A stretch of DNA of 64,000 bases, taken from positions 40,796,001-40,860,000 of the forward strand of contig NC_043010.1 of NCBI RefSeq assembly GCF_006345805.1. The letters are read 5' to 3'. The notes under the pieces are model-generated. The model was not told the DNA's origin and searched no databases. It saw nothing but the letters and a program-made list of their open reading frames with translations. Within the stretch, counting starts at the first letter, position 1. Each line of letters begins with the position of its first letter. The DNA comes from Octopus sinensis. Its lineage: Eukaryota. Position numbers and translations under genes: made by a program. Shown piece after piece: positions 52,620 through 64,000 of the stretch.

Positions 52620-53480
52620 TTTGCTTTTGTTTATTTTTTTGACATTATTTTTCTGAACTTCTTTATTTTTATATATTTCCTCATTTGCCAATTCATTTGA
52701 TACCACAAGCTAATTAATACGTTGTGATATCTATCTTGGAACAGGAAATGTTTGGTGATCATTGCTAGCTTGTTTATTTGTTTGTTTTTTGGCACTGTAT
52801 TTGAATAGATGGTGGGCTGAACCAGGTCATGTTTCTTCACTATACTTATTTTGTTCGTTTATTTTGCTAATTTTTCTTTAAGCTCCTCCCTTCCGTTTAG
52901 ATTTCTATATAAAGTGATGCTGCTTTGCCTAATATCGATTTGGATGGGTTTGGGGAGGCGATGATACGGTGGAAATTGCTCTAGCTTACGTTACTGAGTA
53001 TATTCTTTACTCCGAAAAGGGAGCGATTGAAAAATATTATACATAACATCATTTCCTTAGATTTTTATGTGAAAAGGAGGATTTGTGCTGTTAGATCAGT
53101 GTTTTATTTGGAAAATTTTATTGATTGGTACATTTGTTTCGAGATTGATTGCTTCGAAGGCATTTCTTCAATATTTTCTGTGTCGAATTTGTCTATCAAT
53201 GTTTTGGGAAATTGTTGCGCCATCATCTCTGTATAGTCCGATAAAAATGTTTTGAGTATATCCCTTAGTTCTTCCAATATGCATAGTTCTACTAATTCAC
53301 ATGCCTTTGTAATTTCGAATCATCCATTACATATCCAATTTTCCAATTCATTTGAAAACACTCTATCTAATAACTGTTTAAAAGTTTTATACAGATGCCC
53401 ATGAAATCAAAACATATCTGAAACATAAAGAATCATATCGAGAAATCCATGGCCCAAAGCCGAATTATGTGCGAACGTTC
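52620..53480 (-). pseudogene. Decayed Penelope-like retroelement ORF fragment
   Basis: Frameshifted minus translation RNMTWFSPP / YSNTV...LAMITKHF..QDRYHNVL resembles the PLE linker RNIIWFNPPYS...LIDKHFP between RT and GIY-YIG. Many stops. Confidence 0.5.
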
Positions 53481-54056
53481 CAAAGTCGTTGCTATGAAAT
53501 GGAAATTGCTTAAAAATTAAATAATCTGAAATACAAAATAATTGCAAGAGGAACAAACGACAAAAATTACATCGGAACTGCAAGGTAAACATTTAAAACC
53601 GGATGTACGCAATACATTCACTCGTAACGCCTTATTTATATCAGAAATAGCACGTTAATTTGTACATAAGATAGCTAGGCGAATACAAACCTAATTCTAC
53701 TATACTATACTGCACTGTAGAATATAGCTATAATTTTTTTTAAAACACAGTAACAAGAAGATACAAACACTGCGGCATTCACAAATGTGCTGTGGTCTTT
53801 CTTGTATAAATCTAAGTCTCTTGGCAACTGGAGATAAGGTAGGTAATTGTGCCAATGTCTGTCCTCTTATCTCCAGAGAATAAGCCCGTCTTTTTCGTTT
53901 TTTCTAATGACATGTCAACTTGAGAAGATTCTTGATTTTTTTTTAAAATTCTCTCCTCTTTTAATATGGAACTGATCTTAATTGCTATTTGGTATTTCTA
54001 ACATGTCGTCTAGAGGCTTAGATAATTTTAATAAAATTTCACGATTTGTTCAACTA

Positions 54057-54110
<54 letters not shown>

Positions 54111-54355
54111 CTTGTTGCAAGCAGGGGAAAATATAGATAAAATGAAGAAAAGTAAAGAAACAAAAAGTATCAGAATAAAGCAATCACAGTGATAAGTTAA
54201 GTCAGAGAAAGTGTGTGTTTGTGTGTGTGAGCGCGTGCACGTACATGGTATTAAAAAGCTGATGTACAACAAATATTTAATCACTGACGTAGTGCTAACA
54301 ACATCCATCAGAACATGCGAGCTTTTCCTAACTACAAGCAATTAGAAAATAAACC

Positions 54356-54387
<32 letters not shown>

Positions 54388-55054
54388 AATGATAATGATA
54401 ATAATGATTTTCTAATTTAGTAGGTACAACATTTAAGATAGACGAAATTATTAATAGCAAGATAAATAATTCGAAAACAAAATAATGAGGCTTAATTTCT
54501 GTAATCTCGAACCTGTAATTACGTATTGATGTTAGTATTGCTACAGGGTTTTTCATTTTATTTTATATTTTATTTTATTGTTTGTTTGCTTTTTATTTAT
54601 TTTTTTTTTTTCGTTCATGTCGTCTTTGCCTTGTATGTTGTTGTGTATGCTATTTATTTCTTATCAATAGCTTTGATCATTTGTCAGCCAATTTAGGCAG
54701 CTGTCATTAGGCGATTTTCCTCCCTGCAATCCCAAACTTATCTCGCGTCTTCTTCCGTCGTTCTTCTCGACAGAAACGTCTACGCGCGTGCATGTGCATG
54801 TGTGTATGTGTGTGTATGTGTGTGTGTGTGTGATAATCATAATAATCGACTGCCACTGAAAATATACTCTTGTCAGCTACGTGACTACTTACATATACAA
54901 ACGTTTTTGTCTCACATTTACTTGTCAAAACTTCTAAATACTTTCCAATTTTAAACCTTTTAAATCGCAGGCAGATTGTTCTCTTCTTGTTTTCTTTCTT
55001 TTCTTTCCATAAACAGTTTCTTTTTTAAAATTATTCTTATAACTATTATTACTG

Positions 55055-55862
55055 AGGCGGTGAAGATTGCGAACTGGCAGAATCGTTAGCGCGCCGGACG
55101 AAATGCTTGGCGGTATTTCGTCTGCTGCTAGGTTCTGAGTTCAAATTCCGTCGAGGTCGACTTTGCCTTTCATCCTTTCGGGGTCGATAAATTAAGTACC
55201 AGTTACGCACTGGGGTCAATATAAGCGACTTAATCCGTTTGTCTATCCTTGTTTGCCCTCTGTGTTTAGCCCCTTGTGGGTAGTAAAGCATAGGTATTTC
55301 GTCTGCCGCTACGTTCTGAGTTCAAATTCCGCCGAGGTCGACTTTACCTTTCATCCTTTCGGGGTCGATAAATTAAGTACCAGTTACGCACTGGGGTCAA
55401 TATAAGCGACTTAATCCATTTGTCTATCCTTGTTTGCCCTCTGTGTTTAGCCCTCTGTGTTTAGTAGTAAAGCATAGGTATTTCGTCTGCCGCTACGTTC
55501 TGAGTTCAAATTCCGCCGAGGTCGACTTTGCCTTTCATCCTTTCGGGGTCGATAAATTAAGTACCAGTTTCGCACTGGGGTCGATCTAATCGACTTAATC
55601 CCCTCCCCCAAGCTGCCTTGTGGCAAAAATTTTAAATTATTATTACTAAGGCGGCGAGCAGGAAGATACGTTAGCACGCCGGACAAAATGCTTAGCGGCA
55701 TTTCATCAGTCTATACGTTCTGAGCTCAAATTTCGCCGAGATTGACTTTTCCGTTCATCTTTTCGGTGTCGATAAAATAAGTACCAGTTGTGCACTGGTG
55801 TCAATGTAATCGACATACCTCCTTCCCCAAAAGTGCTGGCCGTGTGCCAAAATCTGAAACCA
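55055..55862 (+). mobile_element. SINE family C cluster: head plus three tandem bodies, then a further full copy
   Basis: Bodies start at GGTATTTCGTCTG at ~55112, ~55293, ~55477. Second head at ~55649. Confidence 0.92.
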
Positions 55863-56149
55863 TTATCGCCAGTAGTTTAATATATTTCCCCTTCTTTTGT
55901 GCAGCTTCATCTTCTTTTTGATTTTCGCCTCTTTTACGTCCTCAACGAAATTATGTCTTAAATATCTGACTTTTTCTTTCAGTCACTCAAATGCAGCTGT
56001 TATAACACTCACTTCGAAGAGTTTTCCTCTCCTTATTATACTGGTCGTCAGTGTTTTTCTTTTTTTCTTTGTTACTTCATTCTTGGTTGTCGTAAAATAC
56101 GAAATGCAAACTGGATATTGTGATAGAGAGAGCTAACAAAAACCGACAA

Positions 56150-56565
56150 GTATCTTCAACGCTATTTCTTTCCTAAAATCCTGGTTGCTCACCCTTGAAT
56201 TATACACGCATGTAAGACTTGAACTACAACAAAGGAGAAAGAACATTGATTGGCTACACGCAAAGAGACATTGAAAGACCCATGCTAGAATTACCATTGC
56301 GAGATCATATCCGAAAAGAGGTAATTCGAGAACAGATCGGAGGGGACGACAGAACGACGTGATCGCTAAATAACGAAAGTCCAAGCTGAGCCGGGCATGT
56401 TGCGGGGTCCCTGTACAGCTGCCGACTCTTATCCATGAGATGGGAAAAGGACATTCGGAAGATCTCCACAACAATGTGGAGATGACTACGTTAACCGATT
56501 TGCGCCAAGATGAGAAGACTGGAGCACTCAAGAAAGGATTGGAAGCGTATTGTGATCAGAGGTGT
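56150..56565 (+). pseudogene. RTE-clade LINE 3' fragment (second subfamily)
   Basis: QRDIERPMLELPLRDHIRKEVIREQ...AGHVAG...DGKRTFGRSPQQCGDD resembles QRAMERAMLG.SLRDRIRNEEIR...WAGHIAR...KRSVGRPP.RW.DD. Confidence 0.7.
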
Positions 56566-58229
56566 ATAACAGTACAACACTATTTTTATTATTGGCTCCC
56601 AACAGAGGAAAAGTAATGTTGATGGTGGTGTGATTTGAACACGTTGCATATAATTCGAAAAAATATTGCCAGATAATTTATCCGACACTCTGAATTACTC
56701 TGCCAATTTTTTGCACATAACGTGCTACGTGCACATGTGTTATTGTTTACCAAATTTCACTTACAGAATATTCTTTCATCCGAGGTTATTTTTTCAAAAA
56801 TCCGTTCTGGAATAGCGAACCCGAAATGCCCAAAATCTTGTGGTTGTGCACCGATGAGACTTCTTAACCACATTACCATATTTGTATTCAATAACACTAA
56901 ACGTCCACAACGACCAAATTTAATTATTTTACGGATAACGAATGAAATAATTAAATTCTGAGACAGCCACTTTAACACTCTAATATTAAACAATTAATCA
57001 ACAAGTACTCATTGTAAAACTTCAATCGTCTTTTTCCGGCCCTAAATCTAATAAGAGGATTAACTCTTTATATGGGATGGGGAATAAAGAAGATACAAAC
57101 TGACAGTTGACAACACAAAAACACAAATCTAAAATCATACATATAAATATTAAGTAAATATCTCTATGAAGTGATGTCTATATGTTTAATGAACCTATAT
57201 ATAGTCTTGTTGTTAAAGTCAGTCTTGTTAAAGCGGTTTGGAATGAATAAAATAAACTGACTTGTTTCGGCTTTCATTAAAGTGTCTTCAGTAATTGCTT
57301 ATCTCTTTCTTCCAGGTTTAACTGACAAAATTTTATCATCTATAACTCATATCTGAATTGTTTTTCGATAGCTGTTTCAAATCATAATCGTTTATACAAT
57401 TACGAAAGTAGAGTACATACATAATTATACCTAAAACAATTATGAAACATATAAAATTTATGCTTTTCAGCTATTTACAGTGTGTGTGTGTGAATACATC
57501 TTTTTCTCTGGATTTCTTATTAGATGAATAACCCGTCAAATCTTAATTATTTATTCATGAAATTATAAAAAGGGGTTTTGTTCTTTCATTGAAACAGCTG
57601 TTGGAGACAAATTCAATAATACGCAAGATTTACGCTCCTTCTGCTGTTTACTATTCTGAGTATGATGCTTTCAACTATCGCTTTAACCCACTCTATAAAT
57701 ATATACAAGTTTATTCCATCAATAAATAGTAATAATGTATAGGACTTTGATGATGTTAATCTTTGAACTCTTAAATTACTATGAATAAATTTTATGGTGG
57801 TTATACTTCTTCTCGTTAGGTAGTGATTAAGAAGTCTAACAACTATTTAAAGAAAGTGGAAACAAGATTGTTGGTAGCACCGTTTAGTTTACATAATGGT
57901 ACCGTGTTAAAAATTGAATTAATAACTACAAGACCAACACAGCCAGTGCAATCGGTGTATATTCGTAGTTGTGCGTATATGATTGATAAGCATTCTTTCA
58001 AAAACCTAACGTTCCGAAAAGTCTAATAAGTGAGATGAATAACAAGTTGTGGTGGTCATACGTTTCTCAAAGTACGTTGGCAGTATGAGGGAAATATGTG
58101 GTCAAAGAGGAAGATCAAAGTTTGCAGAAAGCAGTTTAAACAACCGAATAAATAGAAGCATATTTACAATACAGATGAAATCATTGAAAAAGGGCTGTCT
58201 ATGAAGTCTATACAAATAGGAGAAATAGG

Positions 58230-58480
58230 GACCAAATCTCTCTTAAAGCACACCCCTATCTTCTAAAAACAAAATATAAGGCACATTGTATAATGTAATC
58301 ACTCAAACAAAAGATTTCATCATGACTGGAACCTCTTTGGTCCTAGGTCTTTTTGATTACAGTTTACTCAGTGCTAAACGATATCGGCAGGGGACCTACT
58401 AGTAACAGCAGTCGAATCTCCGCAAATCTCGCACTTAGATCAGACCTGAGCTAATGCTAAGAGATATATAAAACCAGCAA
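58230..58480 (+). repeat. Old dispersed repeat; inverted partner at ~59110-59350
   Basis: ATTGTATAATGTA and CATGACTGGAACCTCTTTGGTC blocks match the reverse complement of the 59.1-59.25 kb segment. Confidence 0.5.
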
Positions 58481-59853
58481 CATCAACGATTGAAATACAG
58501 CCCTATAATAAATGTATTGCATAATATCAGTATTTCGACTCGATAACATTAATTGAATTAGACAAGCAATATGGTGGATGTCACACTCAAATGATAAAAA
58601 ATAAAACAAAAGCGAAAACTTCAAAAAACAACGTTTTTTTTATATGTCTTTATCAAAGAATTAGTCCTGGTTATTTCGTTATTTGACGGCAACGTCATCA
58701 GAAATTAATTCATTCATTGAACATGTATACATCATCAATCAGGAAGAGTTGGCTATTTTATGACAGAAACTGTGAGGAAAATGCTATCTATTGCTATAAA
58801 CAGCTCAAATATTTATGACCTAGAACGAAATTTAATAGTATCCGATTCACTACACAACTTGTCAATGTGCATAGCATATCGAAATAGTTCGTTACTTTTC
58901 TTTCTATTGAATTGTGTTGCATGCTTTATGGTTTTACTTTTTCTATACCAATGGTCGTGTCATCGGCTGCAAAATATTTTTTTTTCCTAACCACATCTTC
59001 AAAGCGAGTACGTTTGAAAGAACGGGGAAACATTGTGTATGTATGTGAAAGGGGCAACGGGGAAGACAAAGAGTGAGTGTGAGTGGGAAAGAGAGATCGG
59101 ATGTTTATTGCTCTTTAGCTTTGAGGTTATCCATGATCGAACCATCCTTTAAGATCAAAGATATTCCAGCCGTGATCATCACGCCTGTTTTCTTCAGACT
59201 TAGTGTATATATATAGAACTACATTATCCAATTTCTAACAAGTCCAGCAACCATATAAAAATTCTCTCATTTCCTGCGAATAGTCGTAGTTGTTATTTAA
59301 CTCTAGATCAAACCTGGTTATCTCCACTTTGATGACACCCAGTCTCTCTATCTATCTATCTCTCTATCTCTTCTCACTCTTTTATCTATTTATCTACCTA
59401 TCTGTGTGAGTATGTATGTGTGTGTGTGCGCACGTGCTCGCGTGTATATGTCTTTCATTATAGTGCTGATACCTTTCTGACAATTGCGAGTATTTTCGTT
59501 CATCACGGATTAACAATACAGATGAAATTCAATATAATAAATAAATTACATTCCAATATTGCATTGATCACATTTGTTTTCCTAATGTTTATAAATTCAA
59601 ACTTGTATACGTAATAGTCTTGTAAAGTTGGCTAAGTTCCTATAACGTGGAGAAAAAAGAATCTTAAGGTTGCGAACAAAACTCTTTGCCGAGAGAGAAA
59701 GAATATTATGTTTGGTTTGGGCTAGCTAAAACAGAAGTCACAAAATTGTATTCTTTGAACTACAATGATCCTGTTTAACGGGGTTGAATATGCTAAATAC
59801 AATATATGTGGGTGAAAGAGTTATTGTAGGAATTGTGTATATTTACAATATTT

Positions 59854-60275
59854 GGATCTTTTCGGTTTGACCGGCAGTTTTTTAAAATAATTTCCACGTA
59901 ACTAAACACTTTTAAACTTCGTATATTGGTAGAATGTGTTTATAAAACATCTTTTTCTCTTGGCTTTATTGAGAAAATTCTATGGTTCGTAAGATATTGT
60001 TTATTTGTTTTTTCTTCAATTTCTGCAATTTCAACCAATCAATGACGTCTATTGAGGTGAAAACATCCTGTGTCGTATGAATATGTCCCTCGCTTAAGAA
60101 ATAGATTGGGTTTATTTACATTTCGGAAGAAAAAAGATACCCTTCCCCACACCCCTAACCCTAACTAACCCTAAAACAGATTGAAATGCAAGAGATCGAT
60201 ACTAGGGTCATAATTATGGGTGACAATTTCATATGACATCGCTAGAAAAAACTGCCGTTCAAACCGAAAAGATCC
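59854..60275. mobile_element. Second copy of the same MITE
   Basis: Same TIRs and internal sequence. TSD CAATATTT at 59846-59853 and 60276-60283. Confidence 0.85.
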
Positions 60276-61094
60276 CAATATTTTTTTACTTTATCTGACT
60301 GAAGCAATGAATTACAGAAAGAAATCCTGTCCAATATATGGAGCGTAGTTTTATTAAAGTAAAACAATAGGACCTTGAGCTTATGCAGGATATCCGTGAA
60401 TACATAGATGCTTGTACGGAAGAAATCAAATAACGACGGGTCGTTAATTAGTTCTGTGGTGAGCGATATCTTTTGTGAAAATGGCACTAACTCAAGTGTT
60501 CACAAAGAAATCAATCGCTAAAATTTGGGCACGGTTTCGATTTTTATTCTGTGTATTCTATGTCAAAAGACAGTACTTTCCATGATAAATACTAAGTAGA
60601 CGTGACGGTCAATTACAATCTTCTTAATTATATCTCATTGCAATTATTTATTTAAAAAAAACACGATATTAATAAGTTCGCATAATTGCCATCACATATA
60701 AACGAATAACAATATAATTAGCAGTAATGGAGCACAGGAATATTTTTATAGTTTATGATATTGATTCAGTACGCTGTATGCTATTGATGGAATATGTTTC
60801 GTGTTACAACTCAAAGTGCTACGATACAAATACCAAATAAACATTTAAAGAAACGGCTGCAATAATTTAAGCTTAAGATCCAAATACACGTAAAGAAAAA
60901 GTAAATTCACGTTGAGAAATTGAAATATGTAAATAAAATCCGATTATGCAAATTACACACACATACACACAAGGTGCGGAAGATATTTGAGGACACATTT
61001 ATGTTTATAAAAAAAAACATAACTTTTTTTCCTGATTTTCTTTTACTTTTTCTGACAAATGAACCTTTCCTCATCATATATGACTTATATTCGA

Positions 61095-61610
61095 TGTCTT
61101 CGTAGACAACATTTCTGACTGTTCCATTTGACACATGGAGATCTTTATTTGTCAAAAAATGCCATGAACCAGGTATCATTCTCAAATAATTTTCAGTTTC
61201 TTTTTGATCATTCCAAATGCTCCTACAATCACTGGTATTGTAACCATCTTGAGAGGCCACATCTTTTCGATTTCGATTGGCAAATCTTTATATTTTCTGA
61301 GCTTATCAAGTTATTTTGCCGAGATACTACGATATTATGGATGCTCATATCAATCAATAAACATACTTAATTTTACTGTTCTTTCAGAATAATATCTGGA
61401 TTATTGACTTTGATAGTCCGGTCTGTACATACTGGCAAATCCCAAAGAATCATATTTTCTCCTTCTTAGGGTGGTGCTTCTACCATTTGTCAGCAGTTTT
61501 GATTTTATAATGTCGATATATTATCCTGTCTAGATATTGACCAACTCTGCCATGCCATACACCCAGAGATTAGGTGGGCCACTGTTTCAATCCCATTGTT
61601 CTTTTCTATA
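61095..61610 (-). pseudogene. R4/Dong-like LINE fragment (CCHC remnant and RLE domain)
   Basis: ETVAHLISGC; TDRTIKVNNPDII...CLLIDMSI; KLRKYKDLPIEIEKMWPLKMVTIPVIVGAFGMIK, with stops and frameshifts. Confidence 0.8.
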
Positions 61611-61624
61611 ATGTTATTCAATAA

Positions 61625-61862
61625 AACCACCTTTTTATTGTCGGGGGGACAAACACATGCACGCAAACACACACACATATATGTATATACATATATACGA
61701 CGGGCTTCTTTCAGTTTCCGTCTACCAAATCCACTCACAAGGCTTTGGTCGGTCTGAGGCTATAGTAGAAGACACCTGCCCACGGTACCACGCAGCGGGA
61801 CTGAACTCGGAACCATGTGGTTGGTAAGCAAGCTACTTACCACATAGCCACTCATACGCCTA
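61625..61862 (-). mobile_element. SINE family B 5' half
   Basis: Near-consensus head; truncates the adjacent Dong-like fragment. Confidence 0.85.
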
Positions 61863-62733
61863 TGTATGTATGCATATATATCTTTTATTAATATATGTTA
61901 TGAAAATTGAGTGTGTTCGTGTTGTTATATCTATACGCATTATCGCGGTGCTACTTCGCTGGCTGAGATCGGTTGTCTCATTGTGCATGTCAGTGCTAAT
62001 ACTGCTAGTACAGCTATCTTCATCATCATCATCATCATCATACCTTGTCATGATCATTACCATCACACTCCTCATCACCATCGTAATCGTTACGATCACT
62101 GTCGTTTTCTTCTTGGTGATCGTTGTCACTGCGTCTGTTAACAATCTGCATGTATCGATTGTCCAAGTAATCATTATCGATATCAAAGGTTTATTCTACA
62201 ACAAACACACTGATATCTCTTTTTTTTATTACCCTTCAGCTATTTTGGCAAAGGTCCAGACAGAATGAGTTCCCGCAAAGGCTCGTAGTTCAAAACTGTG
62301 CTTCTATAAACCCCCACCATGAACCATCGCTGCAGACGACAACAGCAGCAGACGTTCTACGTTAAATGTTTTCATAGGAGTGGTGTGGGGAATAGTTAGT
62401 TGTGACAGGGACACAGTTTGATGTAAATAATGTATTCTTACATTGGCACAAGGCCAGAACTGCTACAGAAAGGAACATGGCGGTTGGTATTGGCCACCAA
62501 TAATTGATTGGTAGTCGTTTTATAGACTCTGAGGGGGGAATATAAACTCAGACTGTCATGTGCAGATTCGAACCTCAAACCTAAAGAGACGTTGTACAAT
62601 ACTCTTTGTTTTATTTATATTTTATTTTTATATATGACTTCTTTTTAGTCATCATGGTTGATTTTTCTTTTTTTTTTTCTTTTGTTCAGTAATATTTACC
62701 TCACTTATACGCGGATAATCTATTGTCTAATTA

Positions 62734-63161
62734 GTGGAAGCTTAATGCTTAATGGCCCAGTGGTTAGCACAGCGGAATCGCGGTCATCGAATCGCGGTTT
62801 CGAGTCCCAGACCGGGTGTTGTGAGTGTTTATTGAGCGAAAACACCTAAAGCTCCACGATGCCCCGGTATTGAGTGAAAAGACCTGAAGCTCCACGAGGC
62901 TCCGGCAGGGTGAGGTGGCGAACCCTGCTGTATTCTTTCACCACAACTTTCTCTCACTCTTTCTTCTTGTTTCTGTTGTCCCTGTATTTCAAAGGGCCAA
63001 CCTTTTCACACTCTGTGTCATGCTGAATCTCCCCGAGAACTACGTTAAGAATACACGTATTTGTGGAGTGCTCAGCCACTTGCACGTTAATTTCACGAGC
63101 AGGCTGTTCCGTTGATTGGATCAACCGGAACCCTCGTCGTCGTAACCAGCAGAGTGTCACG
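62734..63161 (+). mobile_element. SINE family A (diverged, internal duplication)
   Basis: Body matches family A; GAAAA.ACCT.AAGCTCCACGA duplicated; TSD ATT(G/A)TCTAATTA. Confidence 0.88.
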
Positions 63162-63828
63162 ATTATCTAATTAAAAGTTATAATTTTCATCACATTAAGT
63201 GTTATTGCGCACATCACTGTGCAAGACATTTTCATAGAACGAATCTATCGTTTCTGTCAACCGTTGGTTATGAGTAAGAGACGATATAGAAATGAATACT
63301 TAGGTTATCATAGAGGCATAAATTTGTTGAAAGATCGGATTATGTTTAGTTATTTCCCTCCACAGTAATTCACTGGTAATTACTTCCTTAAATGTATTTA
63401 AAATTAAAACTAATATGTATGCAACAGACTGCCTACAACAGCAATATATACAGTGTGTGTGTATACAAATGGAACAGAGTGGACTAGAGAGTGGGGGACA
63501 CAAGGAACAGAAAGTCACAGAAGAAATCTCGGGATGTGGGGCGAAAGAACTCTGAGAAACATATAATAATAATAATAACATAATAATAATGAAGTGAAGA
63601 TTATATAAACAGTGAGTGTGTTCATTGGCAAAATGACCGTCCCCAAATGTAACTATATATCGTTTTCTATTGAAATCGAAACTTAGAGTATATCTGACAA
63701 CATTAGTTTCAGTACTAAAAAAAAGGACATATACGCAACAGCATATATTGCGCACTCCTCTCATTCATTCAACATAACTCACTAATCACTGTTTGATACA
63801 GATGAGGTTCGTGAATATAGAGACGTAC

Positions 63829-64000
63829 CTGTAGCTCATTGACTGAGCCATTCCATGCCGGTCATCAGTGAAGTCAGTTCTTTTGGTCAAGACAGAATTC
63901 GTGATATCGAAAACCGTTCTGGCACTATGTCTGGACCAACTATGCTTTAAAGATCTCAACATAAGTGCTTTGCGTTCTGAACAAAACCAATGTCTTTGCT
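63829..64000 (-). CDS. Partial exon of an unidentified host gene (5' end outside window)
   Basis: Minus frame from 63998 is open for 56 codons (QRHWFCSERKALMLRSLKHSWSRHSARTVFDITNSVLTKRTDFTDDRHGMAQSMSY) and ends at a good donor TACAG|GTACGT (phase 2, last exon base 63829). Unique, non-repetitive, higher GC than flanks. The other two minus frames and all three plus frames have stops. Protein not recognised. Confidence 0.6.

Noticed and set aside
55055-55600. CRISPR-like or satellite array
   Set aside because: Units are ~180-bp SINE bodies without unique spacers, in eukaryotic DNA.
57515-57608. Hammerhead on plus (CTTATTA...GAAAC-AGCT-GTT)
   Set aside because: Two core substitutions (G5, G8) and a poor stem I.
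60907-61260. 117-aa ORF as a host exon
   Set aside because: It is an alternative frame of the Dong-like endonuclease relic.

Overview
AT-rich, repeat-dense animal nuclear DNA. The tRNA-headed SINE families and the very high (TA)n/(CA)n/(ATAG)n density point to an octopod cephalopod (recognition by recall, not a database hit). The window is almost entirely intronic or intergenic. The only credible host coding sequence is one unidentified minus-strand exon running off the right edge (63829-64000). Nearly all supplied ORFs are microsatellite or SINE read-through. Contents: about 30 SINE copies or fragments in four working families (A-D); decayed R4/Dong-like, RTE and Penelope-like retroelement fragments; hAT and Tc1/mariner (maT-like) transposase relics; two intact ~420-bp MITEs with 8-bp TSDs and internal CCCTAA repeats; and several fold-back structures. 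The most notable signal is a set of minimal type-I hammerhead ribozyme motifs of the Penelope-like kind. Two are essentially complete (28177-28270 minus, 51908-52000 plus). A compensatory G3-C8 variant core forms the apex of a ~100-bp-arm palindrome (25.4-25.6 kb), and a second palindrome (7.07-7.36 kb) carries a decayed core next to its apex. All calls were made by eye; coordinates of old repeats are approximate.
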